A DNA stretch of 64,000 nt. Origin: Ignavibacteriota bacterium (GTDB lineage: Bacteria > Bacteroidota > Ignavibacteria > UBA10030 > UBA6906). Numbering within the stretch: the first letter of the stretch is position 1; the number at the start of each line of letters is the position of its first letter. Location: positions 1,504,001 through 1,568,000 of the forward strand of contig CAWDEM010000004.1 in assembly GCA_963801355.1 (NCBI GenBank). The letters run 5' to 3'. The notes under the pieces were generated by a model. The model worked only from the letters and a program-made list of their open reading frames with translations, searched no databases and was not told where the DNA came from. The position numbers and the translations under genes are program-made. Of this stretch, positions 18,993 through 29,142 are shown piece by piece.

Positions 18993-19219
18993 ACAGCATC
19001 ATTGTGATGTTCAGGTGTTGAAGAGCTGTGCCGAAATATACGGGAGGTAAGGGGAGTAATCCAGTGATCGCCCGGGTTTGTTGAAACTCTGGACGGATTT
19101 TGCTAAATTGAAACGATGCGATGATCGGTGAATCCCTTCTGCCGGCGGCACGATTTCTGCCGCGTGATAGCCTCGATCCCCCAACCTTTTCGCCACTTTT
19201 TTTGGGATAGAAGAACAAC

Positions 19220-20108
19220 ATGTATCACTCGATAGTCCTTGTCAAACAGGTTCCCGACACTGCCAACATCACGGGCAATGTGATGCAGGAAGACGGGACT
19301 GTCAACCGGGCGAAGTTGCCGGCGGTGTTTAATCCGGAAGACCGTGTCGCGCTGGAGATGGCCTTGCGGGTCAAAGACCAGTTCGGCGGAACTGTCACCG
19401 CCATCACCATGGGACCGCCCCGCGCCTCTGACGTGCTGCGTGAGTGCCTTTACATGGGTGCCGATCAGACCGTTCTCATCAGTGACAGGAAGTTTGCGGG
19501 TGCCGACACGCTTGCGACCTCATATGTCCTGGCCGAGGCCATCAAACGCATCGGCGGGTACGACTTCATCTTCGGCGGCCGACAGGCGATTGACGGGGAC
19601 ACGGCCCAGGTGGGTCCGCAGACGTGTGAGAAGCTGCATATACCCCAGATCACCTATCTGGAGGAAATTCTCTCGATTGACGGCCGTACGGTCACGGCCC
19701 GGCGCAAGATTGAAGGTGGCTACGAAGTTGTGCGTTCGCCTTTGCCTGTGCTCCTGACGGTGATCAAAGATGCCGTGGAACCCCGTCCCTTCAGCTCCAG
19801 GCGAGTGATGGCGTACAAAGGGGCGAAATCGCTTATGGAAATCGAGAAAATGGCCGAGGGGAATTCGTTGCTCTATGTCGATCAGACTGGTCCACGAATA
19901 CGAAGCCCGCGAACTGTTCATCAAAACGCTGACAATGGACGACCTCAAGCTGGAACCTGAACGGTGCGGTGTTGCGGGATCGCCCACGAAGGTCTACAAG
20001 GTGGAGTCGGTGGTGCTGAGTGGCGGCGAACACGAGATGATTGAGCCGACCAAATCCGGGCTCGGCAGACTGATCGAGAAACTGATGGATGACCACATCC
20101 TGGGATAA
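19220..20108 (+). CDS. etfB: Electron transfer flavoprotein beta subunit with an apparent +1 frameshift near 19886
   Basis: VKQVPDT, FAGADTLATS, GRQAIDGDTAQVGP in ORF 19220..19960; the C-terminal CGVAGSPTKV in ORF 19875..20108. Confidence 0.9.
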
Positions 20109-20115
20109 TGCGCTC

Positions 20116-21135
20116 ATGAGCACAATGTCGAGTGACGTCTGGGTTTTCATCGAGCAGCGGAACGGTAAGCCGGCCGATGTGAGTTTCGAGCTCCTGTGCA
20201 AAGGACGAAAGCTGGCGCAGGCAATGGGAGGCTCGCTGAAGTCCGTGGTCATGGGTGCACAGATGGAGAGTGTGGCAGCGGAGACATTCCGGTTCGGGGC
20301 GGACGAGGCACTCGTGATCGATCATCCCGCGCTCAGGCAGTACCGCACGATGCCGTACGGGAGAATTCTCTCGGATCTTGTCCGCACGCATGCGCCACGT
20401 ATCGTCCTGTTTGGTGCGACGATCATCGGACGCGATCTTGCACCACGGGTGGCGTCGGCGACGCGGAGCGGATTGACGGCCGACTGCACGGACCTGAAGA
20501 TCGCCGATGTCTCGTATTTGCGGAAAGACTACAAGCAGCTCCTGCTCCAGATCCGCCCGGCATTCGGCGGCAACATCATTGCGACGATCATCACTCCCGA
20601 CAATCCGGTGCAGATGGCGACGGTGCGTGAAGGCGTGATGGAAATGCATGCCATGGACAGTCCGGTGGCGGGCAAAGTGACTGTGCTCCCGTATGTGCCC
20701 GATCCTGTCGATGAGCTCATCCAGATCATCGAGCAGCATCAGGAAGAGAATAAGGTGAACCTCAAGGCTGCGCCGATCATTGTCGCGGGCGGATACGGAC
20801 TCGGATCAAAGGGGAACTTCAAATTGGTGTATGATCTCGCGCATGCGCTGGGCGGGGAGGTTGCCGGGAGCCGTGCTGCGGTAGACGCGGGATTCGTGCC
20901 GCCGGAACGGCAGGTGGGGCAGACCGGTGTGACCGTCCGCCCGAAACTCTACATCGCCGTCGGTATCTCAGGGGCAATCCAGCACCGCGCGGGGATGCAG
21001 GAGTCGAACAAAATCATCGCCATCAATACTGATCCCGGCGCGCCCATTTTCGGTATCAGCCATTACGGCATCGTGGGCGATGCCACGGAAGTGATCCCGC
21101 GGTTCATTGAAGTCTTTCGGAACAAATTGAAATAG
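20116..21135 (+). CDS. etfA: Electron transfer flavoprotein alpha subunit
   Basis: GRDLAPRVA, GLTADCT, RPAFGGN, QVGQTGVTVRPKLYIAVGISGAIQHRAGM. Confidence 0.96.
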   Translation: MSTMSSDVWVFIEQRNGKPADVSFELLCKGRKLAQAMGGSLKSVVMGAQMESVAAETFRFGADEALVIDHPALRQYRTMPYGRILSDLVRTHAPRIVLFGATIIGRDLAPRVASATRSGLTADCTDLKIADVSYLRKDYKQLLLQIRPAFGGNIIATIITPDNPVQMATVREGVMEMHAMDSPVAGKVTVLPYVPDPVDELIQIIEQHQEENKVNLKAAPIIVAGGYGLGSKGNFKLVYDLAHALGGEVAGSRAAVDAGFVPPERQVGQTGVTVRPKLYIAVGISGAIQHRAGMQESNKIIAINTDPGAPIFGISHYGIVGDATEVIPRFIEVFRNKLK

Positions 21136-21143
21136 GTGTCCTC

Positions 21144-22868
21144 ATGGCGAATTTCTTCCTAGACAATCCTGACATCCTGTTTCATTTCAAGAGATTCAAT
21201 CTTCAGGAGATTGTCTCCGTTGCGGAAGACGGCTTTGCCCAGGCGAAGCACCACAAAGATGCGCCGGTCAATTACGACGATGCCATGGAGAATTACCGCA
21301 AGGTTCTTGAGGTCGTCGGCGACCTGGCGGCGAATCGTATAGCGCCGCGGGCAGCGGATGTGGATCACGAGGGGGCGCAATGGCATGACGGGGAGGTCAC
21401 GTATGCCGCGGGAACGCGAAAGAACCTGGATGAGCTCTCCAAAGCGGACCTGATGGGGATGATTCTCCCGCGCAAATACGGCGGTCTGAATTTCCCGTTC
21501 ACCGTCTACATGATGGCCGTGGAAATCGTCTCGCGCGCGGACGCATCGCTGATGAATATTTTCGGACTTCAGGATATCGGCGATACGATCAGGAAATTCG
21601 GCAACGAGGCGCAACGGGAGGAATTTCTGCCGGGATTCTGCACCGGTGAGTACACGGGTGCGATGGCGCTGACCGAACCTGATGCCGGGTCGGACCTGCA
21701 GGCGGTAAAATTGCAGGCATATCAGAATGAGAAAGGGGAGTGGTTTCTGAAGGGGGTAAAGAGATTCATCACCAACGGGAACGGACAGGTACTGGTGGTG
21801 CTCGCACGCTCGGAGGCCGGGACCAAAGACGGGCGCGGATTGAGCCTCTTCGTGTGTTACGGGAAAGACGGCGTTTTGGTGCGGCGCATCGAGAATAAAC
21901 TCGGTATCCACGGATCACCGACGTGCGAACTGCAATTCAACGATGTTCCTGCACAACTTGTGGGCAGCCGCAAATTCGGTTTGATCAAATATGTCATCGA
22001 TCTGATGTACCGGGCCCGGATGGGTGTGTCCGCACAGGCACTGGGCATCTCGCAGGCGGCCTACGGGGAAGCCCTGGCGTATGCGAAGGATCGCGTCCAG
22101 TTCAACAAGCCCATCTACTCTTTCCCGGCGGTCTCCAACATCCTGATCGACATGCGTGTCACGCTCGAGATGAACCGGTCGCTGTTTTACTGCGCCGCCC
22201 AGTCCGTCGACCGCAAAGAGAAACTGGAAGAGCAGATTGAGAAACGGAAAGAAGAAGGACAATCGATCACCGACCTGGTGGCGGAACTCCGGCAGGCCAC
22301 CGCACTTGCGGGTCTGCTCACGCCGCTGACGAAGCTGATGCTGACAGAGTCGGCGAACAAGATCACCTACGATGCACTCCAGATTCACGGCGGCACGGGG
22401 TACATGAAGGAGTTCAGAGTCGAACGCCTGGCGCGGGACGCACGCATCACCAATATCTATGAAGGTACTTCGCAGCTGCAGGTTGTTGCCGCCATCGGTT
22501 CGGTCATCAACGACATCATGCGCCCCCATTTTGAACAGAAAGAAGCTCAGGAGTACCCGGGCAGGCTATCGCCGCTGGCGACATCGCTGAAAGAGATCCG
22601 GCAATTGTACAACGACAGCCTCCGCCTGGTGGTGGACCGGAAAGACCCCAGTTTTCAGGATGTCGCTGCAAAGGATCTGGTCGAACTGTACGGATATCTC
22701 GTGGTCGGCTATCTTCTTCTGGATGAGGCGGAGACCGATGCACGGAAAGTATTCATCGCAAACCGCTACATTCTGGGGGCACTTGCGCAGGCCAGACGCA
22801 ACGCCGAGTGCATCAAGAACGGAATGTTCGCCGATCTTCTGCACGCGGAGACGATTCTAAACGTCTAG
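21144..22868 (+). CDS. Acyl-CoA dehydrogenase (long form with C-terminal extension)
   Basis: MALTEPDAGSD, GVKRFITNG, KLGIHGSPTCE, QIHGGTGYM, IYEGTSQLQ. Confidence 0.95.
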   Translation: MANFFLDNPDILFHFKRFNLQEIVSVAEDGFAQAKHHKDAPVNYDDAMENYRKVLEVVGDLAANRIAPRAADVDHEGAQWHDGEVTYAAGTRKNLDELSKADLMGMILPRKYGGLNFPFTVYMMAVEIVSRADASLMNIFGLQDIGDTIRKFGNEAQREEFLPGFCTGEYTGAMALTEPDAGSDLQAVKLQAYQNEKGEWFLKGVKRFITNGNGQVLVVLARSEAGTKDGRGLSLFVCYGKDGVLVRRIENKLGIHGSPTCELQFNDVPAQLVGSRKFGLIKYVIDLMYRARMGVSAQALGISQAAYGEALAYAKDRVQFNKPIYSFPAVSNILIDMRVTLEMNRSLFYCAAQSVDRKEKLEEQIEKRKEEGQSITDLVAELRQATALAGLLTPLTKLMLTESANKITYDALQIHGGTGYMKEFRVERLARDARITNIYEGTSQLQVVAAIGSVINDIMRPHFEQKEAQEYPGRLSPLATSLKEIRQLYNDSLRLVVDRKDPSFQDVAAKDLVELYGYLVVGYLLLDEAETDARKVFIANRYILGALAQARRNAECIKNGMFADLLHAETILNV

Positions 22869-22889
22869 AAAGAGGCGGGCTCAGCCCGG

Positions 22890-23744
22890 TCACTGCATCT
22901 CCGCCTCCATCGTTTTCAGAAACGCGATTCCGTTCCGCACGAATACCCGTCCGTCCGGACAGAGATTGTGGAACATCCCCCTCTGGTAGGCAAAATCATC
23001 CAATCCTGAGTTGTACCCCTCCAGGCCGATATAGCCGTCGAAGCCGATCTCACGAAGCGTGCTGAATACTTCCGTCCAGGGAACGATTCCTCCTCCAGGG
23101 ACACCGCGGTCGTTCTCACAAGCGTGAAGACCGAACAGACGTTTTCCGCAGGTCCTGAGTGCGTTGGCGTAACTCCGGATTTCAGTGACGCTATGGTAGG
23201 TGTCGAAAAGGATGCGGAGACCGGGATGATCTGCGAGATCGATCAATCGGACAAGCTGCTCCGGAGTATTGACAAGGTGCGTCCGAAAGTGGCTCATTGG
23301 TTCAAGGGCAATGATAACATTGCGGCTCGCGGCGTATTCCGCGAGTGCATGGAGCCCTTCTGCCGTCCAGCCAAACTCACCGGAGGGAGGTCGGCGGCGC
23401 TTCACGACTCCCGGGTGTCCGTACATGGCGCCGGCATAGGCGACAGCACCCAATTCCGCTGCTGTGTCGACCTGGCGGCGATGCCATGAAAGCCCCTTCG
23501 CGCGATCCGCCGGATCGTCGGCGGACAGGTCGCATTCCAGGGGCCATGCACCGCCGGGGCCGATGATGAGCTCTATTCCCAGAGATGACGCATGCCGGCC
23601 GGTGCGGCGGGCATCAAAGGGAACATCGTCACCCACAGAGAGCTCGAATATGCTCAAATCGAGTTCTTTCGCCAGATCAAGCAGGTGAAGGTCGCTGTCA
23701 GACCAGCGCATCGTGAAGAGATAGCAGTGGGCACCGTATTTCAC
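22890..23744 (-). CDS. Sugar phosphate isomerase/epimerase (D-psicose/D-tagatose 3-epimerase family, TIM barrel)
   Basis: ALEPMSHF, FDTYH, HACENDRGVPGGG, IGLEG; GTG start inferred. Confidence 0.85.
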   Translation of the reverse strand: MKYGAHCYLFTMRWSDSDLHLLDLAKELDLSIFELSVGDDVPFDARRTGRHASSLGIELIIGPGGAWPLECDLSADDPADRAKGLSWHRRQVDTAAELGAVAYAGAMYGHPGVVKRRRPPSGEFGWTAEGLHALAEYAASRNVIIALEPMSHFRTHLVNTPEQLVRLIDLADHPGLRILFDTYHSVTEIRSYANALRTCGKRLFGLHACENDRGVPGGGIVPWTEVFSTLREIGFDGYIGLEGYNSGLDDFAYQRGMFHNLCPDGRVFVRNGIAFLKTMEAEMQ

Positions 23745-23899
23745 AATTCTTCCGTTGCAGCCGTGATACATTGGTAGAGGATCTGCAAAAAGGTAATGCC
23801 AGGACAGCCCAGATGCAAGGAAAGGCCATATCTTTGGCTATATTGGGAAGATCCATGAAGGATTTCCGGCAAATCAACGGTATCTCCGAAGGAGGAGCC

Positions 23900-25045
23900 A
23901 TGATGCGCGTTCTACTCCTGGCCGTGGGGATCATTACGGGAATTACCCTTTGCATCCCGCAAGATACCCGCGGTGTCCCGGTTGGCGAAGGCACGCTCGA
24001 ACGATGGCTCGAGGGCCAATCACCGCGGGAGATCGGAAAACGTGTGGCCCGGCGTTTCGTCGAAACCCCGCTTGCTTTCTCAGGCCGCACCGAGCCCGCA
24101 AACCATATTACATATCCTGAGGTGTGCACGTGGTACGGTGCTTTGCAGTTCGCCCGGCTCACCGGCGATACGGCCCTGCAGGGCGCGCTAATCCGTCGAT
24201 TCGAGCCGCTCTCCGGCGAACTCAAAGATCTGGTCCCGCTCCCCGACCATGTTGACATGACGGTGTTTGCCGCCGTCCCGCTCGAACTGTTCATGCAGAC
24301 CAACGATGAGCGTTATCTCGATACGGGGAAGCGGATGGCTGACAGGCAGTGGGGAGCGCCGTTTGGCCCGAGGGCGAACGAAGAATCGTGGGAATACTAC
24401 CGCAAGGGCCTCACATGGCAGACCCGCATGTGGATCGACGACATGTTCATGATCACTGCTGCCCAGGCGCAGGCATATCGTGCAACTGGTGATCGCCGCT
24501 ACATCGACCGGGCCGCCCAGGAAATGGTCGTGTATCTGGATTCACTGCAGAAGCCCAATGGCCTTTTCTATCATGCCCCCGATGTGCCATTCTTCTGGGG
24601 GCGGGGTAACGGCTGGATGGCAGCAGGGATGAGCGAGCTTCTCCGCTCTCTCCCCCCGGACAACCCCCATCGCCCTCGCATCATGGAAGGGTACCGGACC
24701 ATGATGGCATCCCTGTTGACATTTCAGGATGCGGAGGGCATGTGGCGTCAATTGATAGACAAGCCGGAAAGCTGGCCGGAGACATCCTGTTCAGCAATGT
24801 TCACGTTCGCGCTCATTACCGGCGTGAGGAATGGCTGGCTGGACAGCGAGACGTACGGCCCGGCCGCCCGAAAAGGGTGGCTCGCAGTCATTCTCTATCT
24901 GAACGACGATGCAGCCGTCAGGGAAGTGTGCGAAGGAACCGGCAAGAAGAACGATCTGCAGTACTACCTGGATCGCAAGAGGAATGTGGGAGATCTCCAC
25001 GGGCAGGCGCCGATACTCTGGTGTGCATCGGCATTGCTGAGGTAA
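23900..25045 (+). CDS. GH105/GH88 unsaturated glycuronyl hydrolase
   Basis: Signal peptide; RMWIDDMFM, GLFYH, FWGRGNGW, GMWRQL, ETSCSAMF; GGAGG RBS. Confidence 0.9.
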   Translation: MMRVLLLAVGIITGITLCIPQDTRGVPVGEGTLERWLEGQSPREIGKRVARRFVETPLAFSGRTEPANHITYPEVCTWYGALQFARLTGDTALQGALIRRFEPLSGELKDLVPLPDHVDMTVFAAVPLELFMQTNDERYLDTGKRMADRQWGAPFGPRANEESWEYYRKGLTWQTRMWIDDMFMITAAQAQAYRATGDRRYIDRAAQEMVVYLDSLQKPNGLFYHAPDVPFFWGRGNGWMAAGMSELLRSLPPDNPHRPRIMEGYRTMMASLLTFQDAEGMWRQLIDKPESWPETSCSAMFTFALITGVRNGWLDSETYGPAARKGWLAVILYLNDDAAVREVCEGTGKKNDLQYYLDRKRNVGDLHGQAPILWCASALLR

Positions 25046-25078
25046 GGTGCCGCGAGCCCGGATGCGATCCGGGACCGG

Positions 25079-26092
25079 CTACTCATGCTGCAGCAACTGG
25101 AGTTGCCACTGATCTGTGCTCCTGGTGTTCAGGAATGGTCTCAACGCAAGAAGTCCGGTCTGACCGATGCTCCTGCGCAAGTAGTGGAGTTCTTTCAGCT
25201 GGCTTGCAGCTTCGGGATCCCGTGGAACGTCGAACCCCGCCTCCTTCATGAGGAGCATTCCTTTGGCTTTGATTGCCAGTTCGCTCTGGACACGCAACAG
25301 GCAGAGCATGTCGGCCACCGTCTCCGACGGAAAGCGATCCTTCAAAGAATGCAGGTACTGGCCGATAGGATTGTCCGCAAGCACTCCCGATGAAATCATT
25401 TCCAGGACTTCGCGGTCGGTATCGAAGCCCGTTCCCAGCCACTCGCGGGTGGTACTTTCGCTTTGCCGGAACACGATGCTCACGATAGCGGGGAACAGGA
25501 TGAGGATAAGGAGTGTGGAAACGAGCGGTGTCACGAAAAAGTGATTGAACAGGGCGTGGAGGAATATCGCGAGGAGAAGCCCCGGAGCAGCAATCATCAC
25601 CCGCCACCGGCCGGACTTGTCCAGCAGCGCCTTCGTGATTATGCCGACTATCGCTGTGGCTCCGCCGTGCATTAACGCCGTGCCGAACCCGCGGATGACC
25701 CAGACAAGCAGGTGCGCGTCGGGTCGCATCTGTATGTAATGCAGGTTTTCGAGGATGGCAAACCCCGTGCCGAGCGCAAATCCCCGAATGGCCGCATCCA
25801 CCATGAAGCCCACTCTGTCGGTGCGAATCAGGTAGAGCAGGAACAACGCCTTGGCCGTCTCCTCGATCACCGGTGCTACATAGCGTGTCAATGCTGCGGT
25901 GTGCATTCCTGTCAATCTCAAGAGCAGAACGTTGATGCCATAACACACAGCAGCGACGGCACAGCCGGCAGCGATTGTCCAGACGACCGTTTGCGAACGT
26001 ACCAGCTTGAAGCTGTCAAGGAGGATCAGACTGACGAGGAAGAAAAGGACCGGCAGAAGTGCGACCGCCGGCGGGATGAGCAGATTGATCAT
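25079..26092 (-). CDS. prsW: PrsW family intramembrane glutamic protease with C-terminal soluble extension
   Basis: APVIEETAK, GFAILEN, conserved H (ALMHG), HALFN; start overlaps the upstream stop (TGATG). Confidence 0.88.
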   Translation of the reverse strand: MINLLIPPAVALLPVLFFLVSLILLDSFKLVRSQTVVWTIAAGCAVAAVCYGINVLLLRLTGMHTAALTRYVAPVIEETAKALFLLYLIRTDRVGFMVDAAIRGFALGTGFAILENLHYIQMRPDAHLLVWVIRGFGTALMHGGATAIVGIITKALLDKSGRWRVMIAAPGLLLAIFLHALFNHFFVTPLVSTLLILILFPAIVSIVFRQSESTTREWLGTGFDTDREVLEMISSGVLADNPIGQYLHSLKDRFPSETVADMLCLLRVQSELAIKAKGMLLMKEAGFDVPRDPEAASQLKELHYLRRSIGQTGLLALRPFLNTRSTDQWQLQLLQHE

Positions 26093-29052
26093 CAGAGAAT
26101 CTTGAGCGATATCATGAATTCCCTGGTGGTCCGCTGTTCCTTTTCGAAGGCAAGAGCGTACCCCAGGGAGATCGTGGACGAAAGGTTCGAAAAGATGACC
26201 AGCTTGAAGTCGAGCTGGGCGCCGGCATTCGCGACAGTGCGCTGCGATAAGGAAAGCTGAGGGTTGGCAACAATCGTGCCCGTGAAGAGCGCAAGCCGCG
26301 CCCAGGTACAGTACAGGCCGGAGACCCCCAGACGCCTGAATCGCAGCGGCGGGAGCGTCCACTCCAGCATCCCCTTCATGAATGTCGTGCCTCCGATCTC
26401 ATTGAGAGGGGTGCCGGGGAAGCTCTCGACGTCGCGGTAGCGTCGCGCCTCGCGGAAGTCCACCCAGTTGTTCCCGAATCCACCGAAATAGAAATTGGCG
26501 AAGGGCTCCGCTTCATCCTTGGGGCAAAAGCCCGCGGCGGTGCGCAGCCAGACGGACGCGTGATCCCAGGGGAGGGCGAATCCCATATCCGCTGTCGCGT
26601 AGAATTGCGGAAACCAGACAGACCTGACGACGTACGTGTAGTTGTTCAGGGATAGCTGGAGCCCTTTTTCGGCGTCCACGGCGCCAAGAGAACGCATTGT
26701 GCGTGTGTACTTCAACTGTCCGCTGAGAGTAAAAAAGCGGTCGTACGTCACTGCGATGTCCTGAGCATACGGTAGCCGTTCCAATCCCCAATACGCTCCC
26801 ACCCCGAGCGTGTAGTCCATCGTGGTCGGTCGGTCGTCGAGCAGTAGGTCGCCGTAGTTCACCGTCAGCGCATTCCCTTTCCGGCTCCGTTTCGTGGGTC
26901 CGAACAGATCGTAGAAATCCGCGGCATTGTAACTGGCCCGGACCTTCCATTGCCAGTACTGATAGTTGAATGTGGCATGCAGCCGTTCGCTGCCGGCCAG
27001 ACTCCGCTGCGGCGAGTATGACACGCTCAGATCGGCATTGTGCAGCAGCAGCGGGTCAAAAATGCTCGCGCGCACACCCCATGCCACTGTACTCTTGTAT
27101 CCATGAACGATTGGAACGAGTGAGCCCAGAGTCAGGTGTGCCAGTCCGCTGTACTCGCCCGAGGAGACCTCCAGGGAATCGATGTTGATGTTCACAGGCG
27201 AAGGAGGAGGGAGTTTCCAGGTTGTGACTTCAGGATGGGTCTCGACCACCGACTGTCCGAGATACGCAATTAAGCTGAGGTCTTCACGCGGCTGGACGGC
27301 GATCATCACTGGTTGAAACCCGCGCGTTGAAAACCGGAATGCGGCAAAGGAATCAGGAGAGACGGGCACCGGCCGGAACAACCCTGTCTCGGCATTGGTC
27401 AGCCACTCCATCTGTCTACGCTCACGATCATAGCGCACGATATTGCTGACACCCGTCTGGAACGTGGAGCCATACAGATAGCGGCCATCCCCGGAAAAGA
27501 CAAAATTGAGAGGAGCGGTGTTTGTGAATTCATACAATACGTCGTAGTTGATCCGCATGGTCAGCAGACTGTCGATGGGAAGCGCGATCAGCTGGTGACG
27601 CCCGCTGATTTCGGTCATCGATGCGGCGAAGATTTGCCCGTCGGGGGAAATGTCGGGATCATAGAGGTCGATACCATACTTCAGGGGAAGTATCTCCTGC
27701 CAGGAATCGTACGGTGGTGGGATCCTGACGAGCCGCGATATCCCATCGTGGTGCTGGATTCCCCAGAGAGAACTGTCGCTCCGGCTGAACGCGAGATCGC
27801 CGATGCGTGCGTTGCGCAAAAGTGTCCGGTCTGAACCGCTCCGCACATCGAGAACTCTCAGGTCCCTCCACCCCCGGGAATTCTTGGTGGTGTAGAACAG
27901 GGCGTGGCGCGATTCGTCATACGCGGTTGAGGTGACGTTGTAGAGGGAGGGGGTAGGAAGATCAACGAGTCGCCGCTCCTCCCCTGTGTCGAGGTTAAGC
28001 GCGATGAAGTGCGCGGTTTCACCCGGGTAGTTGACTGCAAGTACCAGCGTCCGGTCGGCGGAATCCAGATGCGCCCTGGATACCGCCCCAAGCGGCGAAG
28101 CGCAGATCGCGCGTTCCTCCGTGGGAGGATAGCGCCTGAGGGAATCAAGGTTGGTTTCTTGCCAGTCATGCTCAAACCGGATCCAGTTCGACCACTCATC
28201 ATCCAAGTCCCGCCCGAACACCCGTTCGAACTGGGAGGCAAAATAGGCATTGCTGGTGTCAGACCGTGCAAACCAGTCGATCACCTTCTGTGGCCCGTAT
28301 TGCCTGCCGAGGTACGAAACGAAGCGTGTTCCGTAGAGATACGAGTTCGCACCAATCTGAAAATCGATGGTGGTGCCTTCGGACTCCAGTCCGACGAAGT
28401 CGTAGAAGTAACCGCTGTCGCGCACCATCGTCCGGAACACCATTTCGTCGTAGCCGTTGATTGTTCTTCCTATTCCGCCGGACATCCAGGTTTCCATGAA
28501 AACCGCTATGCCCTCGTGGTACCACCGGGGGGAATACTTCCGCGGGGTAGTCAAATAACTGTACACCATGGAGAGGGGTTCCTCTGCTACGGGGAGGACT
28601 TTTCCCATAAAGAGCCCCCGGAAAAAGCGATCCGATGGTGCGGCCTTATCTGTGGCAACGATGTGCGTGAGTTCATGGTTGGTAACCCAATTGAACCGCT
28701 CATTGGTGGGGGACGTCTCGTACGTGTACTCATAGGGTTCGATGCCCAGAATCATGTAGTTCCGGGGGAGGCTGGTTGCTCCGGCATACCCATAATCGTC
28801 GTAGTCCTGCAGAAAGATCAAAACATCTTCGGAAGGCGTGTAGTCGAACAGCCGCCGGTGGAAGGCAATCGAATTCTCAAAGCTCCGCGCAAGGTGGGGA
28901 ACGATGAATGAGTGCTGCCGCGCATAGTACACGAGCCGCATGTTTCTGGTCTGCAATGTATAGAAATCGGCGGCCGGCGCAAGCGATGTGCCTGCAAGAA
29001 AGAGGACCAGTACGGCCAGAGCTGGTGTGCGGAAGAATCGAAGTTGGGGCAT
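26092..29052 (-). CDS. Outer-membrane protein: N-terminal zincin-like peptidase, TolB-like propeller, C-terminal beta-barrel
   Basis: Signal peptide; HELTH plus PRWYHEGIA; PDISPDG and FVFSGDG propeller motifs; alternating aromatic strands and FYFGG in the C-terminal third. Confidence 0.75.
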   Translation of the reverse strand: MPQLRFFRTPALAVLVLFLAGTSLAPAADFYTLQTRNMRLVYYARQHSFIVPHLARSFENSIAFHRRLFDYTPSEDVLIFLQDYDDYGYAGATSLPRNYMILGIEPYEYTYETSPTNERFNWVTNHELTHIVATDKAAPSDRFFRGLFMGKVLPVAEEPLSMVYSYLTTPRKYSPRWYHEGIAVFMETWMSGGIGRTINGYDEMVFRTMVRDSGYFYDFVGLESEGTTIDFQIGANSYLYGTRFVSYLGRQYGPQKVIDWFARSDTSNAYFASQFERVFGRDLDDEWSNWIRFEHDWQETNLDSLRRYPPTEERAICASPLGAVSRAHLDSADRTLVLAVNYPGETAHFIALNLDTGEERRLVDLPTPSLYNVTSTAYDESRHALFYTTKNSRGWRDLRVLDVRSGSDRTLLRNARIGDLAFSRSDSSLWGIQHHDGISRLVRIPPPYDSWQEILPLKYGIDLYDPDISPDGQIFAASMTEISGRHQLIALPIDSLLTMRINYDVLYEFTNTAPLNFVFSGDGRYLYGSTFQTGVSNIVRYDRERRQMEWLTNAETGLFRPVPVSPDSFAAFRFSTRGFQPVMIAVQPREDLSLIAYLGQSVVETHPEVTTWKLPPPSPVNINIDSLEVSSGEYSGLAHLTLGSLVPIVHGYKSTVAWGVRASIFDPLLLHNADLSVSYSPQRSLAGSERLHATFNYQYWQWKVRASYNAADFYDLFGPTKRSRKGNALTVNYGDLLLDDRPTTMDYTLGVGAYWGLERLPYAQDIAVTYDRFFTLSGQLKYTRTMRSLGAVDAEKGLQLSLNNYTYVVRSVWFPQFYATADMGFALPWDHASVWLRTAAGFCPKDEAEPFANFYFGGFGNNWVDFREARRYRDVESFPGTPLNEIGGTTFMKGMLEWTLPPLRFRRLGVSGLYCTWARLALFTGTIVANPQLSLSQRTVANAGAQLDFKLVIFSNLSSTISLGYALAFEKEQRTTREFMISLKIL

Positions 29053-29071
29053 CGTGCTTCCACATGGAGAA

Positions 29072-29105
29072 GCACGGAGGAGAGGATGAGATCTCTCCTC
29101 CGTGC
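29072..29105 (-). terminator. Intergenic 13-bp perfect hairpin (partial terminator or mRNA stabiliser)
   Basis: GCACGGAGGAGAG / CTCTCCTCCGTGC with an 8-nt loop; only a weak U-tract on the minus strand. Confidence 0.65.
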
Positions 29106-29142
29106 CCGACCCGGTGAGTACGCTGTGGGCTATCAGTGATTG

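Noticed and set aside
19875-20108. Independent 77-aa gene
   Set aside because: It is the frameshifted EtfB C-terminus (GSPTKV).
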